Below are positions 56,000 to 63,710 of a stretch of 64,000 bases of DNA, one piece after another. The stretch lies in the sequence record NC_025447.1; one strand, 5' to 3'. The notes beneath the pieces are model-generated. The model worked only from the letters and a program-made list of their open reading frames with translations. It did not search any database and was not told the DNA's origin. Each line of letters begins with the position of its first letter. The first letter of the stretch is position 1. The position numbers and the translations under genes were made by a program.

Positions 56000-58789
56000 A
56001 TGTTAAACAATAATATTGATAATATTGTACAACTTCTTTATGGGCATCACAAATTTATTGAAAGAAATACTGGTGATACAATAGACCCAACAGTACAACA
56101 TTATGTGGTGAACAATCAGGGTGTTTTGGCGAACAACCGTCATTTTATTAACTATTCTGCAATGGAAGGTCAACCAAACGGTGACGGAACAACAGAAGGT
56201 CAAAGTCTATTAATTTTAGGATACATTTATGCGTATCTGGCAACAAATGATCCAATGTTTTTAGATAAGGCAAAGTGGTATTGGGACGCATATCATCAGT
56301 ACTTTTATGCTGGACGTGAATTACCAGATCCACCTACACCACTACAATGTAACTGGATAGTTAATGCCAAAGAACCTATATTGGCTAACTGGCCTTTAGC
56401 TGATGATGGCTGGCCCACACATGGTGGTTTCAAGGGAGTAGAATTTACATTTACTAATGGTCAATGTAAAATACCACATGGTGCACCATATTATGGTCAG
56501 TTCTTGGATAAAGTGACATTTGCATTCAAAGGTGCGTTAGCATGGAACCAAATAAATGCTTCAGTAAAAGCATTATTACCAGATGGTAGTGTTGATTGGG
56601 ATACACCAGGTGAACAATATGATGTTGACTGGATTATCGATTTCATGGGTAGAAAAATCGACTGGGATGGTAATATTTTAGCAGAAGGTTTTGACGAATC
56701 TGAAAAAGGAACTGTTCAATTAAAGAATACAACAATTAATGGTGTATATAAATTAAATTTTGCAAATCGTCAACCAGTAGAATATGGTGGTGTGATAATT
56801 CAACGAAATGAAATGCAACACAACCGCCCTCTTCATGTTCCAATTGATTTGGAATTTGCTGATAACGCATCAGATGCAGAATTATGGTTTAGTGATGCTT
56901 CTTATTTGTTATATAAAATAACAAAAGAAAGAAAACATTATTTGGGTTGGAAATGTTCACTACTAACGTGTTATGCTTATGGTGATATTGACTCCAGAGA
57001 TAAATTTTTCAGACAAAGTACAATTGTAACCACACCATTCACTGATGGTATTTCCTATGAATATTTTTATCCTAGTGATGCTATTGCTAAGTTTGGTAGA
57101 AATTCTCTAGGATATATTACTATCAGGCAAGACCAAAGTGCACAAAGTACTATGGAACAACAAGCTATTTGGTTCAGGGTCAATGCTGATTCTAAATTAC
57201 TTGTAGACTATGGTGGTGTATGTGATGATGGTAAGCCGTTATCATTTAAACCAGTACTGGAATTGTCAAAAACAAAAAATGACCATGATGTTGTTCGTTA
57301 TCGTTGTGGCTTACCGGAAAGTAAAGACCAAAATATCACACATTCATTAACACCTTTAAGTGCATTTGTTAGAGAAAAGAAAGCAGATGGTTTCCCTTAT
57401 ATAATTGCTGATAGTAGAATTGTTGTTCCTTATGGTGCAGCTACGTCCGAAATGATATATAGTACTGATATATTAGTTACACGCCGCGATACCATTAATC
57501 AGTTAGTTTGTGGTGAAGATGATGGTGCTGTTATTGGATTTTGGCTATTAGCAACAAATAAGTCTGAAGTTAAATCTTTTACCTATCGTTCATATGAAGA
57601 TGATTACAATATAAGAATTGTAGATGATAATGGTTGGAGATGGTGGTGGATGATTCCTGCAACACACGGGGAATGGACTACAATCACACTAAGTTCCGAT
57701 ACATTACGTTTATCTGGGTATCAGCCAAATCATCCAAGTTCTGACCCAAGACCAGATGCACCAGTTTATAGTGAACTAGAAGATATTACTATTTTACCTG
57801 ATACAACCCCAGTAGATGGTGTTGCTGCAATAATTGATTGGTATTGTATTAATGACATTCCAGAATTATACACGGATGCTGACGGTGATGACTATACTAT
57901 GACATTTTCAATAACAATTGCAGGTGAATCACCATATACTGCACAGTTAGGGGATTGTGTAATCAAGGATTATTTGTTAAACTCATTGCATTACACACCA
58001 GGAACAATACCATTTTCTAACATCACTGACCCGTATGCGAACCAGTATTCAGGATGGCGTGGTTTACCGTATCCAGGTTATCAATATCCTGTGATATATT
58101 GTTTTAAAGACCAGCCAGTAGATAACACACGCTTAGGAAACATGTTAAGCTTTATGAAAGATTCCCAAACATGGTTTACTCAACAATTCGGTACTGTTGG
58201 TCCGTGTGCACAAGCATATGTTTGGAACCGCTGGGATAACTTAAAATATGGTGAACCAGATACATTTACTATGCTACATTGGGGTGATCAAGCATGGAGT
58301 GGGTATGAACCACGTGCGTTCTTTGGGGCTGCCAGAGCATGGCAAGAACTCGCAGAGAGAGGAATTGAACCACCAGCAGATCTTGTTGAATTTTGTGAGA
58401 ATTGGATTCACTTTTTAATTCAATTTCAAAAAGATAATGATGGTCGTTCACCAACAATCTTCAATAAAGATGGCACAGTTGAAGGTCCAGATTGGGACTT
58501 TACAGGTCATATGTGTGGGTTGTGGTTAGCTGGGGCTTGTGCTGCTGGATTGGCTGGATGTAAAATAGAAGGTCTAACAACACTCGCTGATAACTTAGTT
58601 CTCGAACTTCAAAAGAATTATGTTATTGTAAATCCAGGTTCACCAATGAATGGTTCATGGAGTCCAGCAGTTAGAGAAGGTACTGATAATGGTATGTTTT
58701 TTGGTTTCTGGGCAGGTGAGATTATGCGTGGATTGGGATTATACTCAATGTACCGCTTAAACACACCAAATCGTTTCCGTGATTTATAA
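56000..58789 (+). CDS. large virion-type protein with GH8-like glycoside hydrolase motifs
   Basis: TTEGQS...LATND and NASDAELW match GH8 motifs recalled from BcsZ. Confidence 0.55.
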   Translation: MLNNNIDNIVQLLYGHHKFIERNTGDTIDPTVQHYVVNNQGVLANNRHFINYSAMEGQPNGDGTTEGQSLLILGYIYAYLATNDPMFLDKAKWYWDAYHQYFYAGRELPDPPTPLQCNWIVNAKEPILANWPLADDGWPTHGGFKGVEFTFTNGQCKIPHGAPYYGQFLDKVTFAFKGALAWNQINASVKALLPDGSVDWDTPGEQYDVDWIIDFMGRKIDWDGNILAEGFDESEKGTVQLKNTTINGVYKLNFANRQPVEYGGVIIQRNEMQHNRPLHVPIDLEFADNASDAELWFSDASYLLYKITKERKHYLGWKCSLLTCYAYGDIDSRDKFFRQSTIVTTPFTDGISYEYFYPSDAIAKFGRNSLGYITIRQDQSAQSTMEQQAIWFRVNADSKLLVDYGGVCDDGKPLSFKPVLELSKTKNDHDVVRYRCGLPESKDQNITHSLTPLSAFVREKKADGFPYIIADSRIVVPYGAATSEMIYSTDILVTRRDTINQLVCGEDDGAVIGFWLLATNKSEVKSFTYRSYEDDYNIRIVDDNGWRWWWMIPATHGEWTTITLSSDTLRLSGYQPNHPSSDPRPDAPVYSELEDITILPDTTPVDGVAAIIDWYCINDIPELYTDADGDDYTMTFSITIAGESPYTAQLGDCVIKDYLLNSLHYTPGTIPFSNITDPYANQYSGWRGLPYPGYQYPVIYCFKDQPVDNTRLGNMLSFMKDSQTWFTQQFGTVGPCAQAYVWNRWDNLKYGEPDTFTMLHWGDQAWSGYEPRAFFGAARAWQELAERGIEPPADLVEFCENWIHFLIQFQKDNDGRSPTIFNKDGTVEGPDWDFTGHMCGLWLAGACAAGLAGCKIEGLTTLADNLVLELQKNYVIVNPGSPMNGSWSPAVREGTDNGMFFGFWAGEIMRGLGLYSMYRLNTPNRFRDL

Positions 58790-58790
58790 C

Positions 58791-58819
58791 TTGACATAGA
58801 AAAAGTAATTATGTATAAT
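58791..58819 (+). promoter_or_regulatory. consensus sigma70 promoter
   Basis: TTGACA-N17-TATAAT with TG extension. Confidence 0.85.
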
Positions 58820-58820
58820 C

Positions 58821-58851
58821 AGAGAACTTCATATGGAGTTCTCTTTTTTTT
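58821..58851 (+). terminator. intrinsic terminator
   Basis: AGAGAACTTC-atat-GGAGTTCTCT plus T7. Confidence 0.8.
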
Positions 58852-58864
58852 ATAAGGTGATAAA

Positions 58865-59284
58865 ATGTTAAATGAACGTATTAAAAATGCACTACATGTA
58901 TTGAACCAAGAAGTCAATTCTATTCATAAAAGTACTGACCGTTATAAAGTAATGCATGAAATCAAACAAGAATTGGAATCTATTAATAAGGGAGAGTGGT
59001 GGTATCTTCAGCCCGAATATCAAACTCGTGAATTAAACGATGTTGAAAAAGAAATTGTCAAATTCATCACTACTCGTTATTGTGATACATCAGAGAATGA
59101 TGTATCAGCGAACTTCAATCTTACTAAATTGGAAGTCGAAGAAAAATTCCATTTTGATTGGCTTGATTGGATTGAAATGGTAATGGAACTAGAAGAAAAA
59201 TTCAATGTTGAAGTTGATGAAAAGTTCGAGAATAATGAAACTAAGCTGTATGAACTAGTAGAACATATTCAAAAAATGTTGTAA
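58865..59284 (+). CDS. acyl carrier protein-like domain protein lacking the attachment Ser
   Basis: DWLDWIEMVMELEEKFNVEV versus AcpP [20 protein letters not shown]. Confidence 0.7.
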   Translation: MLNERIKNALHVLNQEVNSIHKSTDRYKVMHEIKQELESINKGEWWYLQPEYQTRELNDVEKEIVKFITTRYCDTSENDVSANFNLTKLEVEEKFHFDWLDWIEMVMELEEKFNVEVDEKFENNETKLYELVEHIQKML

Positions 59285-59337
59285 AACTATACAATTGTAT
59301 ACTCTAAATAATATCATCAACTATAGGAGATATTATT

Positions 59338-59712
59338 ATGAGTATGTTAGAAATAATTGTTTCAAAAATTCTTATTCCATTTTGGAAACCAATTTCTTTT
59401 GTATTATTAATTGGCGGTTCAGCTTATGCTGGTTGGGAAGCTAATACTTATTACAGTGGATATCAACAAAGCATAGAGCAACAAATAGCTAAAAAAGTTG
59501 ATACCGCCTTGGATAAAATGCAACAAGAAAATGCAAAAAATTACCTTGAAACTAAAAAAATCATGGAAGATAATGCTAAAGTTATTGAAACAAAGGTTCC
59601 TTTTATTGTAGAACGTGAAGTTTATAAGAATGTATGTTTAGATGAAGATGGTGTAAAAGTACTGAATGAACTAAAACAAAATTCTCAAGCAGCGAGGAAT
59701 AAATTCAAATGA
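59338..59712 (+). CDS. inner-membrane spanin (Rz-like)
   Basis: N-terminal TM helix, coiled coil, terminal C.LDEDG..VLN; upstream CTAAATA. Confidence 0.75.
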   Translation: MSMLEIIVSKILIPFWKPISFVLLIGGSAYAGWEANTYYSGYQQSIEQQIAKKVDTALDKMQQENAKNYLETKKIMEDNAKVIETKVPFIVEREVYKNVCLDEDGVKVLNELKQNSQAARNKFK

Positions 59713-60017
59713 AAAAATTATTAGTTCCAATGATTTCTTTTTTAATTATAAGTGGGTGTGCCGAGCAAGTAAAACTACAATCCCCCGCACCAATTAAACA
59801 AGAAATTCTGTTAGAAAGATGTGATGATGATACACCTCTACCACAAAAAATTATGATTGACAAAAATGGTTTTAAAGGTTATGATGGTGCAGAAATTCTT
59901 AAAGTACTTACTCGTTGGGATGCAGTCTACAATGAATGTGCTTTAAAACACGACGCATTGATTAAAACTATTCGTGATTTACAAGGTAAAGATATTAAAA
60001 TCAATATCAAGGAATAA
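59709..60017 (+). CDS. outer-membrane spanin lipoprotein (Rz1-like)
   Basis: lipobox IISG-C, Pro-rich, YNECALKHDAL; ATGA overlap with i-spanin. Confidence 0.75.
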   Translation: MKKLLVPMISFLIISGCAEQVKLQSPAPIKQEILLERCDDDTPLPQKIMIDKNGFKGYDGAEILKVLTRWDAVYNECALKHDALIKTIRDLQGKDIKINIKE

Positions 60018-60018
60018 A

Positions 60019-60630
60019 ATGAACAAATATCATGTTTACTATACGACAAAATTATCACTTCTTGAAGAATTAAATCAACGAAGTACTAAGATGAAACGCT
60101 ACACTTTAAATGGTATTACTTTTCGATATTTCCCACAAAAAGTTCTTACTTTTGTTAAGAATCCAAAATGCGTGGCATGTGGGATTGAAGCTACTGAAGT
60201 ACGCATTGAACGTTCATTATGTTCTGATCCAGTATATGGTAAACCACATTTAAATGTATATGCTGTATGTGGTCTTTATGAAGTTTTAATGACAGTTGAC
60301 CATAATCATCTGGCATCTAAGGGTGGACCTGATTTAGAGTCAAACTTTAATACTATGTGCTCCAGATGTAATCAACTACGTTCGAATAAAACTGAAACAG
60401 TTGATGAGTTTCTTGAGAAAGTTAAAGGTCGTAATCTTCTCCAAGAACATATGAATAATTTCTTTAATGTACAAAAAAAGAAAAATAACATTGACAAGTC
60501 GAAACTACTAGAAGAACGTAGGTTACGTCAAGAATTATGGGAAACTGATCATCTATGGCATGTTCGAGAGTTTGGTCGTCATATGAAAGCTTTGAAAAAA
60601 GAACAGAAGAAATTGAATAAACATGATTGA
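60019..60630 (+). CDS. HNH endonuclease
   Basis: CVACG, TVDHNHLASKGG, NFNTMCSRCNQLRSNK. Confidence 0.85.
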   Translation: MNKYHVYYTTKLSLLEELNQRSTKMKRYTLNGITFRYFPQKVLTFVKNPKCVACGIEATEVRIERSLCSDPVYGKPHLNVYAVCGLYEVLMTVDHNHLASKGGPDLESNFNTMCSRCNQLRSNKTETVDEFLEKVKGRNLLQEHMNNFFNVQKKKNNIDKSKLLEERRLRQELWETDHLWHVREFGRHMKALKKEQKKLNKHD

Positions 60631-60641
60631 TATGATATTAT
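60613..60641 (+). promoter_or_regulatory. sigma70-like promoter
   Basis: TTGAAT-N17-TATTAT with TG extension. Confidence 0.5.
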
Positions 60642-60670
60642 AGGGACTTGAGTATTCAAGTCCTTTTTTT
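60642..60670 (+). terminator. intrinsic terminator
   Basis: AGGGACTTGA-gta-TTCAAGTCCT plus T run. Confidence 0.8.
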
Positions 60671-60682
60671 TGGAGAAAATAA

Positions 60683-61039
60683 ATGAAATCTAAAATCTTT
60701 TTACCGCAGTTAATGTGGCATCTGGCAGAGTTAGATGAAGATGATGAATATACTGACTATGGTACATGGGATGACAGTACTGAATCATTCAATCCAGATG
60801 TTAAGTACAAAATCATTAGTAATGAAAGTAAAGGGCATAGACGATGGACAGAAGAATTTGATCTAGTTTTTCTTGACATGAACACGAACAAATATTATCA
60901 TTGTACGTATGAACGAGGTTTAACAGAAGATAGACCAGCAGAACCATTCAGAAATGAAACTGATGGTGTTAAGTGCTATGAAGTTTCTGTTACCAGAGAA
61001 GAAATTATCACTTATCGAACTTTGTGGAAATACTTGTAA
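60683..61039 (+). CDS. acidic hypothetical protein
   Basis: 118 aa, GGAG RBS. Confidence 0.75.
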   Translation: MKSKIFLPQLMWHLAELDEDDEYTDYGTWDDSTESFNPDVKYKIISNESKGHRRWTEEFDLVFLDMNTNKYYHCTYERGLTEDRPAEPFRNETDGVKCYEVSVTREEIITYRTLWKYL

Positions 61040-61437
61040 TGCTAAAAGAATTAGATTTTTCAAACTTAGAAATCATCAGTGCTGTTAAAAATATCTCTGA
61101 CTTTGGAGATGAGAAGTCAGTACTGGTAACTGTTACATTCGTCAAAGAACAGGATAGCTATAGCCATTTAGATGGTATTGAAGAACTAATTCACAAGACT
61201 AATCTACAAAACGATGGTAAACTCATTAAGCTTCAGGCTTCCTATACGCAAAAATCGTCATTTTTTGTAGACCTAAATAATGTAGTCAAGGTGGTATACA
61301 ATCACCCTGAACACAAATACAGGAACACGACAAGAAACGAGAATGATGCTATAGACTCCAATATCAAAGAGGATGTCGAATTCATCAACACAATTTTTGA
61401 TCGTTGTTCCAAGGATTTGAAAAAGGTATACATGTAA
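61039..61437 (+). CDS. hypothetical protein
   Basis: TAATG coupling to the upstream gene. Confidence 0.7.
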   Translation: MLKELDFSNLEIISAVKNISDFGDEKSVLVTVTFVKEQDSYSHLDGIEELIHKTNLQNDGKLIKLQASYTQKSSFFVDLNNVVKVVYNHPEHKYRNTTRNENDAIDSNIKEDVEFINTIFDRCSKDLKKVYM

Positions 61438-61438
61438 C

Positions 61439-61466
61439 GGGACATAACACATCCTAGTGATATAAT
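61439..61466 (+). promoter_or_regulatory. promoter upstream of ncRNA copy B
   Basis: GGGACA-N16-TATAAT with TG extension. Confidence 0.7.
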
Positions 61467-61496
61467 GTATATTGTAAAATGACAACGGACATTGAA

Positions 61497-62042
61497 AAAT
61501 GGATAATGAGAACCTACTTCTCTTGAAAATGTAAAGGATAGATGAGCTTTACCGTTGTAGCGAACAGCAAAAGAAACCTGTTAGAGTACTGGCATTCAAA
61601 CAAACACGATGTAAGACCACGAATCACGGCGACACGGCTGTATAAAGAACTCCGATAAGCATACAGAGAGTTCCTAGATAGATGTATAAGGTTCGCACCT
61701 TACCAGATTTGCTAAGGGAGTTTAAGAATAGCGGACGCAATTTTACAAGAAAGTTGCGTCCAAAATTTGAGAACAGGTACTACTTTGATCGAATAGAGTT
61801 AGTACTGAGTGCTGTTGATGAAAAGACCAGCGACCGTTGCATATGACTGCGATAGAGAGAAACCGAGCAACCCGCTTTCGCTCTCTAAATTTTGGTACAA
61901 GAAAGATCCGTCCAAAATTTGAGAAATTCGCAATTCGATAATATCCGATGCCATCATCGTCAAGAGAGACTTAATTGTCTCTTTTTTATTACCTTCATTC
62001 CCCTGCGGGGGGATGTAATAGTCCTCAACAAATCCCGTCAAG
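61497..62042 (+). ncRNA. candidate large structured non-coding RNA, copy B
   Basis: colinear homology to 6830-7312; dedicated promoter; covarying stems; cUGCGg loop. Confidence 0.75.
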
Positions 62043-62127
62043 TTTTTAAAGTACATTATCATTTTCAGAAGGAACTAGTTTACGAAGTAAACGCAGTGAC
62101 TTCTTGAGTTACGAGAGAACGAAGTGA

Positions 62128-62556
62128 ATGAGTAACACAACGAAAATATCCGATAAATCCGAATTAACACAAATGTTATTCAAAGAATATTTTGAGTTTC
62201 AGATAAAAGACGAACAACAATTACCACAGCAATATTTGAAAAGAATTAAAGATCCGTCAGTAATTACTAAAGAAACTAATTTTTATAATAGTATTTTGGA
62301 TTTCGTTAAATCAGTTCATACAACAAGACCTATTGTAGTTTTGTTTTTTGATAAATCTATTCCTTTAGTAGTTCCTGAAAATGTATTTTTTATTTCAGAA
62401 ACTGATTTAAATAATCAAAGTACTGTAAGTAGATTAAGAAATTGCTTACTTGTAGTATGTGATTCTTCTTTGTATAATAACAGAATACTATGGGATAGAA
62501 GTAAACGCAATGCAGTTTCGGAAATGAATCCTGAAATTACCTTTATTATTAACTAA
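62128..62556 (+). CDS. hypothetical protein
   Basis: 142 aa. Confidence 0.6.
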   Translation: MSNTTKISDKSELTQMLFKEYFEFQIKDEQQLPQQYLKRIKDPSVITKETNFYNSILDFVKSVHTTRPIVVLFFDKSIPLVVPENVFFISETDLNNQSTVSRLRNCLLVVCDSSLYNNRILWDRSKRNAVSEMNPEITFIIN

Positions 62557-62588
62557 ATAATAAGAGAATAACTCTAAGGAGAGATATT

Positions 62589-63029
62589 ATGGAAGATATT
62601 AATGATTTACGACACGTAATGGACTTTATCGGAAGTACTGAAGAAGATAATTCATATGATGAAGTACTATTAACTTTTATTGAAAATAGTTTGTTTTTAA
62701 GTTCTGCTGCACATAACTGGCACTTACAATGTCATTTTTATACAAAGCATTTACAATTAGATGAACTATATAAAGAATTACCAGAATATGTAGACGCATT
62801 TGTTGAAGGTATCATGAATAATCGTGGTGCTTTGCAAGTTGGGACTGGTAATAGTTATCGTTTTACACCAATTGAAGATTGTGTACCAATTCTTGAAGAA
62901 TATGTTGAGCAATGCAGAGCAATTCATGATATGCTTGAAGAATCGGGTGATTACGGCAGTGTAAACACATTAGAAGATATTATGAGTTTTGTTGAAGGAA
63001 CACTTTACAAACTTAAAGTTTTACAATAA
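62589..63029 (+). CDS. ferritin/Dps-like four-helix protein
   Basis: AHNWHL, HLQLDELYKEL.EYVDAFVE, C-terminal YKLKVLQ; AAGGAG RBS. Confidence 0.7.
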   Translation: MEDINDLRHVMDFIGSTEEDNSYDEVLLTFIENSLFLSSAAHNWHLQCHFYTKHLQLDELYKELPEYVDAFVEGIMNNRGALQVGTGNSYRFTPIEDCVPILEEYVEQCRAIHDMLEESGDYGSVNTLEDIMSFVEGTLYKLKVLQ

Positions 63030-63036
63030 ACTATAT

Positions 63037-63066
63037 GGAGAGTCGCTATGACTCTCCTTTTCTTTT
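63037..63066 (+). terminator. intrinsic terminator
   Basis: GGAGAGTC-gctat-GACTCTCC-ttttctttt. Confidence 0.8.
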
Positions 63067-63077
63067 GGAGAAATAAT

Positions 63078-63710
63078 ATGAAATCGCATGAGTTAGCAAA
63101 ATTACTACTATCTCAACCAAATCTAGAAATTTATCATTATGATGCAGAGAGTGACTTGCATTATCAGAATTTTGATAATAAATTAATGGTTACACCATCT
63201 GGTATTTTCACAACGGTAAAACCTACATCAGTTTCTGAAAATGTACTTACACCATACGAAACCCCCCTCTTGGGTCATGTGCAAATTTTCTTTAAGGATG
63301 GTACTATTACTCCAAAATTGGAGGGTTCACATATTCAAACTGTTCTTAGCTTAGAATATGGGTTGGTATTTAACATTCCTTATGAAAAGCCAATTGTTTT
63401 ATTAGGTAAAAATCAATCAACACAATTCTCTAATCAACATACTGTTTGTTATACATCTGATGATATTGATTTCATTTCAGTACTGACAGAATATGATCCT
63501 AATACTTGGCACGAAACATGGAAAACTATGTCATATGATGAAGCAATTGAATGTGGTAAAAATTTAGCCAAAATGTTATTTTCACCGAAAAAAGAACTTT
63601 CACAAGAACAAAATGAATCATTTTCTAAAGATTTTCCTGATTCTGAATTCAATGTTAAAGTATCAACTACCAAAATTGGTGAATTTCTAAATGAAAATCA
63701 AAAAGATTAA
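63078..63710 (+). CDS. hypothetical protein
   Basis: GGAG RBS; MKSHELAKLLLSQP. Confidence 0.7.
   Translation: MKSHELAKLLLSQPNLEIYHYDAESDLHYQNFDNKLMVTPSGIFTTVKPTSVSENVLTPYETPLLGHVQIFFKDGTITPKLEGSHIQTVLSLEYGLVFNIPYEKPIVLLGKNQSTQFSNQHTVCYTSDDIDFISVLTEYDPNTWHETWKTMSYDEAIECGKNLAKMLFSPKKELSQEQNESFSKDFPDSEFNVKVSTTKIGEFLNENQKD

Noticed and set aside
62015-62040. Minus-strand TTGACG at the 3' end of both RNA copies as an antisense promoter
   Set aside because: no acceptable -10 hexamer at 16-18 bp in either copy
60019-62042. HEARO/omega-RNA-like HNH plus RNA guided system
   Set aside because: HNH lacks RuvC motifs, is separated from the RNA by a terminator and two genes, and copy A has no nuclease nearby
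61799-62107. ORFs 61799-62062 (-) and 61892-62107 (+) inside RNA copy B
   Set aside because: no RBS, atypical composition, not conserved with copy A; conservation follows base pairing
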